A stretch of 35,855 nt of DNA from Acidimicrobiales bacterium (GCA_038327485.1 JBBQLA010000001.1:1-35855); one strand, 5' to 3'. Shown: positions 1 to 8,598, numbered from the stretch's first letter. Translations and numbers: made by a program. The notes: a model not told the origin generated them from the letters alone.

Positions 1-669
1 GGCGATGTCGGCCAGACCGTTGACCACCGGCTCCCACCCGACCCCGAGCCGGGCGGTGAGTTCGTGACGGAGCTGCGCGTCGTAGATGTACCCGGCTGTC
101 TTCATGTGTACGAGCAACCCGCGACCATCCAAGGTCCGCCATCGGCCGTCCGACGTTCGTATCGAGTTCGCGACCAGGACATGGGTGTGGAGATGCGGGT
201 CGCCGTCGCGCGACGTCCGATGCCGGAACCCAGCAGCGATCAGGCCGTCGCCTCGCACACGGTGGACACCGCCACGACCGGTGCGTGTGAACCCCGCCCG
301 CTCCTCGACGTAGCGGAGCCCAGCGCTGATCGCCGCCTCGTGCGCCGCCACCACGACATCGGAGACGGCCGGGTCGGACAGTCCCCACAGGACGCTCACG
401 GACTTCGGTGCACGGAACGTCAGATCCCAACCCGGCACCGACCGGCCCGTCCCGTGATGCAACCGCACACCCGAGGACGGATCGGCACCAAGCAACACCG
501 ACCGGAGGTCATCGGGATCGACCCGGCCGTCGAGACCGAGCAGTCCCGATGATGCCAACCACTCCCCGGGTGCTTCACCCGCACCGGCGTAGTAGTCCTC
601 GACCCCGGCGACGACCTGGTCCAAGTAGTAGCCCTCCGCGCCCGCGGCCAAACGATGAACGCTCAACAC
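1..669 (-). CDS. MobF/TrwC-family conjugative relaxase, N-terminal domain (partial; the rest of the gene lies beyond the window start)
   Basis: Absent from the ORF track because it runs off the window. The reverse strand is open from GTG 669 (or TTG 666) to position 1, 223 codons: VLSVHRLAAGAEGYYLDQVVAGVEDYYAGAGEAPGEW..WDLTFRAPKSVSVLW..GFRHRTSRDGDPHLHTHVLVAN. The N-terminal Tyr pairs, the APKSVS motif and the HxDx5HxH three-His motif are TrwC relaxase hallmarks. Confidence 0.85.
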   Translation of the reverse strand, partial: MLSVHRLAAGAEGYYLDQVVAGVEDYYAGAGEAPGEWLASSGLLGLDGRVDPDDLRSVLLGADPSSGVRLHHGTGRSVPGWDLTFRAPKSVSVLWGLSDPAVSDVVVAAHEAAISAGLRYVEERAGFTRTGRGGVHRVRGDGLIAAGFRHRTSRDGDPHLHTHVLVANSIRTSDGRWRTLDGRGLLVHMKTAGYIYDAQLRHELTARLGVGWEPVVNGLADIA

Positions 670-1202
670 CGATCGACCGACCTCGTCGCAACACTGCCCA
701 TGCTCTCCCTAAGCGCTCGCGCCAGGGGACAATCTCGAAACTTGGCGCCGATTTCTCGCGAGTGGTCAGACGCGCGTCACCGAGGGTGCATCTCTGTGGA
801 CTCGATCCCATCTCGAGCGGTGTCGCTCTCCCGGGAGCTGAGGGCGCATCGGCACGCTCGAGTTGTCGCACCGCTTCGAGCCTCCAAGGCAACGCAGCGA
901 TGACGGCTCGTCACACGATCGGGATCACCCTGAGACCGGCCCCCAACTGGCCCCGCCCGACAAATTCATCGCTCGGTCCAGACGAACGACCCCCTGATCG
1001 ACGGGCCCAGCCGTTTTCCCTTCCTCGAACGTGTGCACTGTCGCGTGGTCGACAGAGTTGGGGGATGGCGTTCGGCATGGTGGCGTTTGGGTCGATGCCG
1101 TCGTCGCCAATCGCTGGCAGGTGCTCGTTGCCAGGCGAACTGTTGTCCCCGTGTTCGGGTGGCCATCACCTGCGGTTCATTCGGACGAGGCAGTCTCTCG
1201 AC

Positions 1203-2558
1203 GTGGGCTCCGGACTTCGATCTCTCGCCGCCGCGTGGATGGTGTTGTTGCTGATCGGTGGCGTTGCGTCGAGCGCCGGAGCCGAGACGACCCCGATTGT
1301 GATCCCAACCAGCAGCCTCGCCTTGCCCTACTTGGAACAGAGGATTCCCGGACCGGGATCCGAGGCTGGGCCGACGGCGCCTGTCGTCGGAGGTGGTACG
1401 ACCTTCCCAGTTCCGCTCTACCGCCAGTGGATCGCCGATGTCGACCGGTCGCCCTACTTCCTCGACGTGAACTATCAGGCCGCCGGGTCCAACTTCGGTC
1501 GATTGAAGTTCCTCACCGGCGAACTCGACTTCGGCGGCACCGATACCCCATATCTCGCGCTCGACCAACCGGCGCTGGCGGCGTCGAGTCGGAAGTCGTT
1601 CGCCTACGTCCCGACCACCGCCGCCGGACTCGGGTTCATGTACAACCTCAAGGACGGCAACGGCAACGCGGTCACCGACCTTCGGCTCACTCCCCGAGAG
1701 GCCTGTCGGATCTTCACCGAACCCAACATGTTCTGGGACGACCCGGCTCTCCTGGCGACCAACCCGTCAATCAGCCTCCAACATCATCTCGTCCGCCCGG
1801 TCGTTCGATCCGACGGCGCAGGAACGAGCTACTCGCTCAGCCAGTTCTGCCTCGACGCGGCCCCTGCCGTGTGGGCCACGTTCGTGTCGTTCGTCGTCGG
1901 GCAGCTCCCCGATCAGTCGAACCCGGACCTGGTGTCGGGCCAGCCCACCGCCCAGTGGCCTCAGGGCTTCGGCCAGGTGTCGTGGGCCTATGCCTCCGAA
2001 GGTGTCGCCAACGTCGTGAACAGCGACGTGGTCGGGCAGGACTCGATCACCTACGACGAAGCCGAATACGCGCTGCAACGAGGACGGCCGAACGCATCGG
2101 TGTTGAACCCTGAGGGTGAGTACACACAACCGACTCCGGGCAATGTGACCGCCGCTCTCGCCTTCGCCCAGCCTCACCCCGACGGCACGTACGCCCCCAC
2201 GTACACGGGCAACGATCCGGCGGAGTATTTTCCGGTCACGTCCACCTACATCCTCGTGCCCACCGCCGCGCTCGATACGGCCGAGGGACGTGCCCTCGCC
2301 ACCTTCCTGAACTACGCGGTCACCGACGGACAGATGAAAGCTCCGTCGCTGAGTTTCGCCCGACTTCCCGACGGGTTGGTGAACTCTGCACTCGATCAAA
2401 TCGCCAAAATCCCCGGCGCGCCACCTCGATCAACCGGACCGCAGCCCGTCGTTCCCGAGGCACCGGTCCCCGTTCTGCTCGCGGTGGCGGCGATGGTGAT
2501 CGTCGGGGTTCGGTACCGCCGGATAGCGGGAGATCGACTCGCCCACGGCTCGGCGTGA
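1203..2558 (+). CDS. pstS: PstS-like phosphate-binding protein (periplasmic binding protein type 2) with a signal peptide and a C-terminal transmembrane anchor
   Basis: This is the C-terminal 450 aa of track ORF 408..2558. GGGTTFPVPLYRQWIADV..VNYQAAGSNFGRLKFLTGELDFGGTDTPY matches the PstS core. GTG 1203 gives the signal peptide VGSGLRSLAAAWMVLLLIGGVASSAGA; ATG 1065 is an alternative start. The C-terminus VPVLLAVAAMVIVGVRYRR is hydrophobic then basic. The upstream part of the track ORF is Arg/Pro-rich and looks non-coding. Confidence 0.75.
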   Translation: MGSGLRSLAAAWMVLLLIGGVASSAGAETTPIVIPTSSLALPYLEQRIPGPGSEAGPTAPVVGGGTTFPVPLYRQWIADVDRSPYFLDVNYQAAGSNFGRLKFLTGELDFGGTDTPYLALDQPALAASSRKSFAYVPTTAAGLGFMYNLKDGNGNAVTDLRLTPREACRIFTEPNMFWDDPALLATNPSISLQHHLVRPVVRSDGAGTSYSLSQFCLDAAPAVWATFVSFVVGQLPDQSNPDLVSGQPTAQWPQGFGQVSWAYASEGVANVVNSDVVGQDSITYDEAEYALQRGRPNASVLNPEGEYTQPTPGNVTAALAFAQPHPDGTYAPTYTGNDPAEYFPVTSTYILVPTAALDTAEGRALATFLNYAVTDGQMKAPSLSFARLPDGLVNSALDQIAKIPGAPPRSTGPQPVVPEAPVPVLLAVAAMVIVGVRYRRIAGDRLAHGSA

Positions 2559-2773
2559 GCCGCCCAGACGACACCTTTGCCGCGCCGCCCGCTCGATCGT
2601 TCGTCATCGACACCGACATCGAGGAGATCAGGGCGCGCTGGCCCGACGGGCGTCCAGCGTGGACGATCGCCGTCGACAACCCGATGTACGACGAGGCACC
2701 GCCAATCGAAATCAACGGTCAGATCGTTGCCTCGACCTCGGCTGGGGACATATTCGTTCTCCGCCTCGCGTAG
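2555..2773 (+). CDS. Hypothetical 72-aa protein, translationally coupled to the pstS-like gene
   Basis: A GTGA start/stop overlap at 2555-2558 and high third-position GC. The tail WTIAVDNPMYDEAPPIEINGQIVASTSAGDIFVLRLA loosely resembles a single PQQ/beta-propeller blade. No family assignment is possible by eye. Confidence 0.45.
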   Translation: MSRPDDTFAAPPARSFVIDTDIEEIRARWPDGRPAWTIAVDNPMYDEAPPIEINGQIVASTSAGDIFVLRLA

Positions 2774-2812
2774 GGCCTAGTTGCTACGGGTGGTTCGCCG
2801 GTGACGGCGTAC

Positions 2813-3037
2813 TCAATGGCACTCCGACGACACCCATCCGCGTCTGATGCAACGTGACCGGGACTGTTCCTGGAGGGTCGGACGCGCCGCATCCAATGTC
2901 GCCGTCGGAATCGCCGCCGCAATCAAGCGCCGTGACCTGCCAGCCCGTCCGACGGAGTTCCACGACCGCTCGGCGGGCGCCTTGCGCGGCGTCGCCGCCC
3001 AGATATCGAACTCGGAGGACGCGGGTCGTTTCGCCAC
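2813..3037 (-). CDS. Hypothetical small basic protein (74 aa)
   Basis: Strong SD AAGGAGG (reverse strand, 3043-3049) lies 5 nt before GTG 3037. The frame has about 80 percent GC3 (third-codon-position GC) and is the C-terminal part of track ORF 2813..3133. No recognisable domain. Confidence 0.4.
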   Translation of the reverse strand: MAKRPASSEFDIWAATPRKAPAERSWNSVGRAGRSRRLIAAAIPTATLDAARPTLQEQSRSRCIRRGWVSSECH

Positions 3038-3053
3038 CACTACCTCCTTCGGT

Positions 3054-3275
3054 TCAGTCCGACACCACCTCGAACCTCGACGACAGCCGAACGCGGTCAG
3101 TGGCCGGAGGTTTGAATTGCTCCCGGTACGCATTGACCAGCAGACCCGCCAAGGTCAGGACGCCTACGACAAAGAGCCCGGCACTCAAACGAAAGAGCCA
3201 TCGGGCGAGGCCGAATTGCCTCAAGGCTCGAAAAGAAGCTCCTGGGGAAGAGGGCGCGAGCGCCCGTCGAGCCAT
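3054..3275 (-). CDS. Hypothetical small membrane protein (73 aa, one TM helix)
   Basis: Internal ATG 3275 of track ORF 3054..3446. Hydrophobic segment WLFRLSAGLFVVGVLTLAGLLV, GC3 about 68 percent, and no clear SD. Confidence 0.3.
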   Translation of the reverse strand: MARRALAPSSPGASFRALRQFGLARWLFRLSAGLFVVGVLTLAGLLVNAYREQFKPPATDRVRLSSRFEVVSD

Positions 3276-3334
3276 GCCGCAACGTTTGCCTATGGACCAC
3301 CATCGAAGCTGACTGTTCTCCCTGTGGTCCCCCG

Positions 3335-3577
3335 TCAAAACTTCGGCTCCTCGCGATTCCGTCGCCGGTCGAGCATCAAGAGAAGGACGAACTCGACGAA
3401 GATCGCGATGGTCAGGATCACGACTGCATACAGCGAGATGAGCCATTCAAGGAAGTAGTCCAGGTTGGCCGCATGATCGTCGGTACCCGAGAGCCAGGTG
3501 TAGAAGAGCAGCGCGGCCACCGATAGCGCCCACATGACCGGAATGCCGATTTTGAGGGAGCGCAAGACATTCGGCAC
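3335..3577 (-). CDS. Small integral membrane protein (80 aa, two TM helices) immediately downstream of phoU
   Basis: Track ORF. It starts 20 nt after the phoU stop. Two hydrophobic helices (IGIPVMWALSVAALLFYTWL and LISLYAVVILTIAIFVEFVLLLML) are followed by a basic tail. Locally lower GC. A vague PsiE-like flavour only, not assignable. Confidence 0.55.
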   Translation of the reverse strand: MPNVLRSLKIGIPVMWALSVAALLFYTWLSGTDDHAANLDYFLEWLISLYAVVILTIAIFVEFVLLLMLDRRRNREEPKF

Positions 3578-3596
3578 GGATCTCAGCTGCTCTGAT

Positions 3597-4409
3597 TCAC
3601 GATTCTGATGGCTTCGGCCCAGCCGTAGCCGCTCGGCCGATCGAGGGATCGGGGTCGATCAGTGCGGGCTCGGTGAACCGGTAGTTCTCCTCGTCGATTC
3701 GACGGGCCACGTTGACGGCGTGGTCGCCGAGCCGTTCGTAGAAGCGGGCTACCAGTCCCATCTCGATGGCTACGGCTACCGGTAGCGATGAGGCCGCAAG
3801 CTCATCGCAGAGCTGGAAATGAAGGTCGTCGAGGGCATCGTCGAGCGGCCGAAGGTCCTCCCCCGTCGATTCGTCGGCACCACCGAAGGCACCGGCTGCG
3901 TGTTGCAACAGCTTGCTTGCGACGTTGCTTATCTCGCGGATCAACACCACAGAATGTTCGGAGAGGTGCGCAGCGATTCGGTTCGACGCACGTGCTGCGA
4001 TGTGTTCGACGAGATCACCGCTCCGTTCGAGTTCGGGCACGATCCGCAGCGCCAAGATCAGGCGTCCGAGCGCCTCGGCCTCGATTCCGGCCGACGTCAG
4101 GAGGAGTTGGCGACTGACCATCGCCTCGGTGTCCCGATGGAGATCGTCGATGATGACCTCGCCCCGGATGACGTCCTCAGCTGCGGTTGCATCACCGTCG
4201 AGGAACGCCGTCGTGGCTGACGCCAAGCCGCTGACAACGACGGCGAACAGACGGGAGACTCGCACGTCGATCTCGTCCAACGCTATGTCACACACCGCCG
4301 CACGAGTCGAGCGGTCACCACCCGAGCCTCGTCTGACCCTCATCCGCATGTGGACGATCCTGGCACGGCCCAGCCTGCAAATCGTGGCGCTCGTCTCCCG
4401 TTCCAACAA
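3597..4409 (-). CDS. phoU: PhoU-family phosphate signalling/transport accessory protein
   Basis: Track ORF. It has two PhoU repeats, with ExxxD-type motifs in IVPELERSGDLVEHIA and ARFYERLGDHAVNVARRI. The start is uncertain: TTG 4409 with GAGGTG upstream, or ATG 4349/4343. Confidence 0.8.
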   Translation of the reverse strand: MLERETSATICRLGRARIVHMRMRVRRGSGGDRSTRAAVCDIALDEIDVRVSRLFAVVVSGLASATTAFLDGDATAAEDVIRGEVIIDDLHRDTEAMVSRQLLLTSAGIEAEALGRLILALRIVPELERSGDLVEHIAARASNRIAAHLSEHSVVLIREISNVASKLLQHAAGAFGGADESTGEDLRPLDDALDDLHFQLCDELAASSLPVAVAIEMGLVARFYERLGDHAVNVARRIDEENYRFTEPALIDPDPSIGRAATAGPKPSES

Positions 4410-4448
4410 ACTTCACCTCGTGCTTGCTTTCACGAGTCGTCTCGAAAG

Positions 4449-4489
4449 GGTCAACAGTCCCTTGACCGCCTGGGCAACGCTTCGTTGAC
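4449..4489. promoter_or_regulatory. Two adjacent TTGAC-type palindromes in the divergent phoU / HTH-gene promoter region
   Basis: GGTCAA-N7-TTGACC at 4449-4467 is a perfect 6-bp inverted repeat. GGCAACGCTTCGTTGAC at 4473-4489 matches GTCAACGCTATGTTGAC (11087-11103) at 14 of 17 positions. Confidence 0.4.
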
Positions 4490-4525
4490 GCTGTTGCGCC
4501 ACAGTCTGCGCCGTACAGTTGGCCC

Positions 4526-4789
4526 GTGAAACAGCGTGAACGAAAGCGGCTGGCGACGGTGATCGAGGAGCTTCGCTCTGCCACCGACGAACCCGATGTC
4601 CTGGCCCGGCTGGACCTGCTTCGCGACGCACGGGAAGCCCTCGAGCGCCTTGAACGCAGCCACGCCGAGGCGGCCCGTGACGCTGGCCGCACGTGGGCGG
4701 AAATCGGCGAGTTGTACGGACTCAGCAAGCAGGGCGCCCAGCAGCGGTTCAACCGCCGCTCAACGAAGGCGGGTTCGACCGTCAAGTGA
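4526..4789 (+). CDS. Small helix-turn-helix DNA-binding protein (87 aa), divergent from phoU
   Basis: Track ORF. It has a coiled N-terminal half, then WAEIGELYGLSKQGAQQRF, a typical HTH recognition segment. Its 3' end overlaps the convergent phoD stop by 8 nt. Confidence 0.6.
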   Translation: MKQRERKRLATVIEELRSATDEPDVLARLDLLRDAREALERLERSHAEAARDAGRTWAEIGELYGLSKQGAQQRFNRRSTKAGSTVK

Positions 4790-6236
4790 GCGTGTTGGCA
4801 CCAGTCTGCGTTGTGAACTGGGCGAGGAGTTGTTCGCCGGGGTTCCACGGCAGGTACTTGCCGAAGTCGAAGAACCCCCAGATCTCGCTACGGGTGCGAT
4901 CGGCGTCGATGTCGAGCACGAGGTAGGTGCGGTCGAACCCGCTGTTCCATCGCACCCCGGGCCCGGGGTTCAGAAGATTGGAGCCTGGCGACGAGATCGA
5001 TCCGCAGGACAGTTCGACGCCGGCGGTTCCTGCGCCATCTTTCAGGTAAGCGGTGGGGTCATCAATGAGGTCGAGGGCGAGGGCCCGATGTGTGTCTCCC
5101 GAGACGACGACGAGGTTGTCGGTCCCGCCCGCTGCGAGCTGGTCGTAGACGCGTTGGCGGTCTAGGGCGCCCCAGCCGCCTGACGCTATGTCTTGGTCGG
5201 TGGACCCGAACGTGGTCTGCGCGCCGAGGATCATCCATCGGCTTGTCGACTCCGCCAACTGTTGGTCGAGCCAGCCGAATTGCGCATGCCCGAGGTACAG
5301 GTCTGCGTCGTCGGGTTCGGGCCAGATGTAGCGGCGTTGTCGATCGGTGAGGACGAGCCGGGCGAGGTCGCCGAAGTCGACGGTGCGATAGATCTGGTTG
5401 CCGCTCACGCGGGTCGGCATCCATTCGTCGTAGGCCTGCAGCGCCGCGGCCACACGAGTGCCCCAGTCGCCGTCGGCGCCGGGTTGATGGTTGACCGCCC
5501 CGCCGATGAACGGGTCGTCGGCGAATTCGTGGTCGTCCCATAGGTGGATCATCGGGAACTGGCGGTGGAGTTCTCGGAGGTCCGCGTCGCGTCGGTAGAG
5601 GGCGTAGCGGCGTCGGTAGCCGTCGAGAGTGGTGGCTTCGGTGGGTGGGTCGAGCGGCCGGAACTCGCCGAACGTTTCGCCGGAGCCGGCTTGGGCATAT
5701 TCGTAGATGTAGTCGCCGAGGTGCACGATCGCGTCGAGATCGGTGCGGGCCGCGAGGTTCCGGTAGGCGTAGAAGTTTCCGTACCCGTAGTTCGAGCACG
5801 AGACCACGCCCAGCTTGACCCGATCGGTCGCGCCGCTTGGCGTCGTTCGGGTCCGCCCGACCGTCGACGTCGCCGTGTCGGTCACGAACCGGTAGAAGTA
5901 GGTCGTGGCCGGTGACAGTCCGTCCGCGATGACCTTCACGGTCCAGTCGCGAGTCTGGGTGGCGGCGGCCGATCCGGCGCTAACGATGTGATCAAACCCG
6001 CCTGTCGTCGCGACCTCCCACCGAACTGTCGCGGCTGCTTGTGTGTCGGTCGGGTCGACCCGAGTCCACAGAACGACTGACTGGCTCTCCGGGTCTCCCG
6101 AAGCCACACCATGGCGGAACGGCGCAGGACCGCCGATCGGATCAGGGGGCGGAGCGCACCCCACGACACCCGGCAACGCTGCGCTCATCCCGAGCGCCGC
6201 GCTCCCGCGCAGGAACATCCGTCGACTGGTCGCCAT
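4782..6236 (-). CDS. phoD: Alkaline phosphatase D (PhoD family), Tat-exported lipoprotein
   Basis: Track ORF 4782..6296, started here at ATG 6236 (SD GGAAAGG). It has a twin-arginine signal MATSRRMFLRGSAALGMSAALPGVVGC with a lipobox Cys. The metallophosphatase motifs HLGDYIYE and HLWDDHEFADD are present, with PhoD-like length and layout. Confidence 0.9.
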   Translation of the reverse strand: MATSRRMFLRGSAALGMSAALPGVVGCAPPPDPIGGPAPFRHGVASGDPESQSVVLWTRVDPTDTQAAATVRWEVATTGGFDHIVSAGSAAATQTRDWTVKVIADGLSPATTYFYRFVTDTATSTVGRTRTTPSGATDRVKLGVVSCSNYGYGNFYAYRNLAARTDLDAIVHLGDYIYEYAQAGSGETFGEFRPLDPPTEATTLDGYRRRYALYRRDADLRELHRQFPMIHLWDDHEFADDPFIGGAVNHQPGADGDWGTRVAAALQAYDEWMPTRVSGNQIYRTVDFGDLARLVLTDRQRRYIWPEPDDADLYLGHAQFGWLDQQLAESTSRWMILGAQTTFGSTDQDIASGGWGALDRQRVYDQLAAGGTDNLVVVSGDTHRALALDLIDDPTAYLKDGAGTAGVELSCGSISSPGSNLLNPGPGVRWNSGFDRTYLVLDIDADRTRSEIWGFFDFGKYLPWNPGEQLLAQFTTQTGANTLT

Positions 6237-6432
6237 GGCGGCACCTTTCCCGAACCAGACCCTCAGGTCAACGCTCCCGGCCGAGAGTTCATCCATCGAT
6301 CACCTCGAAGACATCGCTCCCGGAGATCTCTCCGGAGGGCGCCGAATCGAGTGAGGCGAGATGCAGATGAAGTTTGGTGGAACGATCAGTGGTCCCCCAC
6401 CACACGGCCGCCATGGGTGAGAGGCTCACCCA

Positions 6433-7017
6433 GTGCAGCAGGACCACACCATTCCTCGCATCCCAAGCGCCGACCGGCTCCTCCACACGTTCGCTCGATT
6501 CGACCGACGCGGGAACACCGTCGCCGCGATCGGCCGGGAGCAACGAATGCTCACCGCGCTGATGTATTGGTTCTCGCGAGCTGGCGACGATGGACGGGTC
6601 TGGATCGCCTCGATCCTGGTGCTGGGCGTCGAGTCGATCGCGGTGAACTGGGGAGTCAAGAATCTCTTCCGTCGCTCGCGACCGGTCAGCTGTCTCGACC
6701 ACGGTTCTCGTCTTCGCCCACCGGCAGACACCAGCTTCCCCAGCGGGCACGCCGCTTCAGGGGCGACGATGGCAGCACTACTCAGCGACGCCTCCGGATC
6801 ATCCGCGTGGTGGTTGCTGGCGGCGGGGATCGGCTGGAGTCGAGCTCATCTCGGTGTCCACCACGCGTCGGATGTTGTCGCGGGATGGGCAGTCGGCGCC
6901 GGGTTCGGGTTCGCCGCGCGAGCTTGGGTCCGCGCTGACCGCAATCCGACCGATCCGAACCATCGCGGCAATCACAATTCCCAGCTCGGTCACGACCTCG
7001 AGGAGTTCCACCGATGA
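6433..7017 (+). CDS. PAP2-superfamily (type 2 phosphatidic acid / acid) phosphatase
   Basis: All three PAP2 motifs are present: KNLFRRSRP (Kx6RP), PSGH, and SRAHLGVHHASD (SRx5Hx3D). An ATGA overlap with the next gene at 7014-7017. The exact start is uncertain. Confidence 0.8.
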   Translation: MQQDHTIPRIPSADRLLHTFARFDRRGNTVAAIGREQRMLTALMYWFSRAGDDGRVWIASILVLGVESIAVNWGVKNLFRRSRPVSCLDHGSRLRPPADTSFPSGHAASGATMAALLSDASGSSAWWLLAAGIGWSRAHLGVHHASDVVAGWAVGAGFGFAARAWVRADRNPTDPNHRGNHNSQLGHDLEEFHR

Positions 7018-8423
7018 ACATCCACCAGCTGTCCCGCCGTGAGTTGCTTTCGATGCTCGCTGCCGGCGTAGCTGTGCCGATCATCGGCGGTTGCTCGTCC
7101 GACTCGACCCGAGCGAGCGCCTCGACCACATCGGTGCGCCGTTCCACAACGACGGTCCCCTCGACGACGTCGGGCCTTCCGGCCAGTCCCCTCGCGCCCG
7201 GAACCCTGCCGTTCCCCGCAAAGCCAGAAGGGACGGAGTCGATGCACGAGATCGAACACATCATCGTCTACATGCAGGAGAACCACTCCTACGACAGCTA
7301 CTACGGCATGCTCGCACGCGGCGACGGATACACATTGCGCGACGGGGTGCCCACCAACTCCAACCCCGGGTCCGATGGCACCGCCGTGCCGGTCTTTCAC
7401 ATGGACTCGACGTGCGACCGCACCAAAGGTGCCAGCCAGTCGTGGCACGCAACCCGAACCTCGGTCAACGGCGGGAAAATGGACGGTTTCGTGCGGGCCG
7501 GCGACGGCGGCACCGGCTCGATGGGCTACTGGACCCAAGATGACCTGCCGTTCTACTACTCGCTCGCTTCGACGTTCCCGCTGTGCGACCGGTGGTTCGG
7601 ATCCGCCCCCGCCCAGACGTTTCCCAACCGCCGATTCCTCCAAGCCGCCACTTCGGTCGGGATCGTGTCAACCGACGTGAACGAAGTCCTTGCCACCCCT
7701 GATGCCCCGAACGGACTCATCTGGGATCGCCTCAACGCGCACGGGATCACCTGGGCCGACTACGTCATCGATCTCGCCGACGTCTTCTTGTTCCCGACCT
7801 TCTTCGCGAAGAACAAGGACCACGTGAAGACCTTCTCGCAGTTCCTCACCGACTGCGCCGCCGGGACCCTTCCTCAGGTGAGCTTCGTGAGCCCCGGCGA
7901 CAAGACCTACACCGAGGAAAGCCCAGCCGACGTGCAACTCGGCGAGGCGTACAGCGCGTCGATCATCAACGCCGTCATGTCCGGAAAGAACTGGGAGAAG
8001 ACCGCCATGTTCTTCATCTACGACGAGCACGGCGGCTACTACGACCACGTTCCACCACCGGCAGCAATCCCACCCGACGACATCGCCCCACGCGTCGACC
8101 CCGAGGACCTCCCAGCAGCGTTCGACCACTACGGGCCCCGCGTGCCCGGCCACGTCATCTCCCCCTACGCCAAGAAGGACTACCTGTCACACGTCGTCCA
8201 TGACCACACCTCGGTCCTCAAGTTCATCGAGACCAAGTTCAACCTCGGCGCCATGACCTACCGCGACGCCAACGCCGACAACCTGCTCGACAGCTTCGAC
8301 TTCACCAAGATGGCCTTCCAGAACCCACCAACCCTCGCCGAGCCGGCGTTGGCCTCCACCAAGGTCAGCACCTGCGCACCCGACGTCGCCTACCCACCTC
8401 CACCGATCGCGCCGACCTCGTAA
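7014..8423 (+). CDS. Phosphoesterase-family protein (non-haemolytic phospholipase C / AcpA acid phosphatase type), Tat lipoprotein
   Basis: Track ORF. Signal MNIHQLSRRELLSMLAAGVAVPIIGGCSS (a Tat RR motif plus a lipobox). IIVYMQENHSYDSYYG matches the ENxSFDxYFG phosphoesterase signature, and FIYDEHGGYYDHV is the second conserved block. Confidence 0.9.
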   Translation: MNIHQLSRRELLSMLAAGVAVPIIGGCSSDSTRASASTTSVRRSTTTVPSTTSGLPASPLAPGTLPFPAKPEGTESMHEIEHIIVYMQENHSYDSYYGMLARGDGYTLRDGVPTNSNPGSDGTAVPVFHMDSTCDRTKGASQSWHATRTSVNGGKMDGFVRAGDGGTGSMGYWTQDDLPFYYSLASTFPLCDRWFGSAPAQTFPNRRFLQAATSVGIVSTDVNEVLATPDAPNGLIWDRLNAHGITWADYVIDLADVFLFPTFFAKNKDHVKTFSQFLTDCAAGTLPQVSFVSPGDKTYTEESPADVQLGEAYSASIINAVMSGKNWEKTAMFFIYDEHGGYYDHVPPPAAIPPDDIAPRVDPEDLPAAFDHYGPRVPGHVISPYAKKDYLSHVVHDHTSVLKFIETKFNLGAMTYRDANADNLLDSFDFTKMAFQNPPTLAEPALASTKVSTCAPDVAYPPPPIAPTS

Positions 8424-8425
8424 CA

Positions 8426-8453
8426 ACGTCGGCCGGCCAGAACCGACCGACGT
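8426..8453 (+). terminator. Hairpin after the phosphoesterase gene (possible terminator)
   Basis: ACGTCGGCCGG (8426-8436) pairs with CCGACCGACGT (8443-8453) at 10 of 11 positions, with a 6-nt loop. It starts 3 nt after the stop codon. No U-tract follows. Confidence 0.35.
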
Positions 8454-8598
8454 CGCCAGCTTGGTTGACGACGCACGACAAGATGCCGCCACCGAGGAGC
8501 TCCCCTTCCTGCACGAGAGTTCAGACGATGTTCGAGACGCGTACACCCACGACCCGTCGCAGCTTGTGTAGAGACAAGGGAGAGAGCGAGGTGTCGGC

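Noticed and set aside
64-552. 162-aa and 75-aa plus-strand ORFs at the left edge
   Set aside because: They are antisense to the relaxase reading frame, which carries unmistakable TrwC motifs.
408-1202. N-terminal 265 codons of track ORF 408..2558, which would give a 716-aa PstS
   Set aside because: This part is extremely Arg/Pro/Ser-rich and overlaps the relaxase 5' end on the other strand. A good signal peptide begins at GTG 1203 (or the gene starts at ATG 1065), so the long extension is treated as non-coding.
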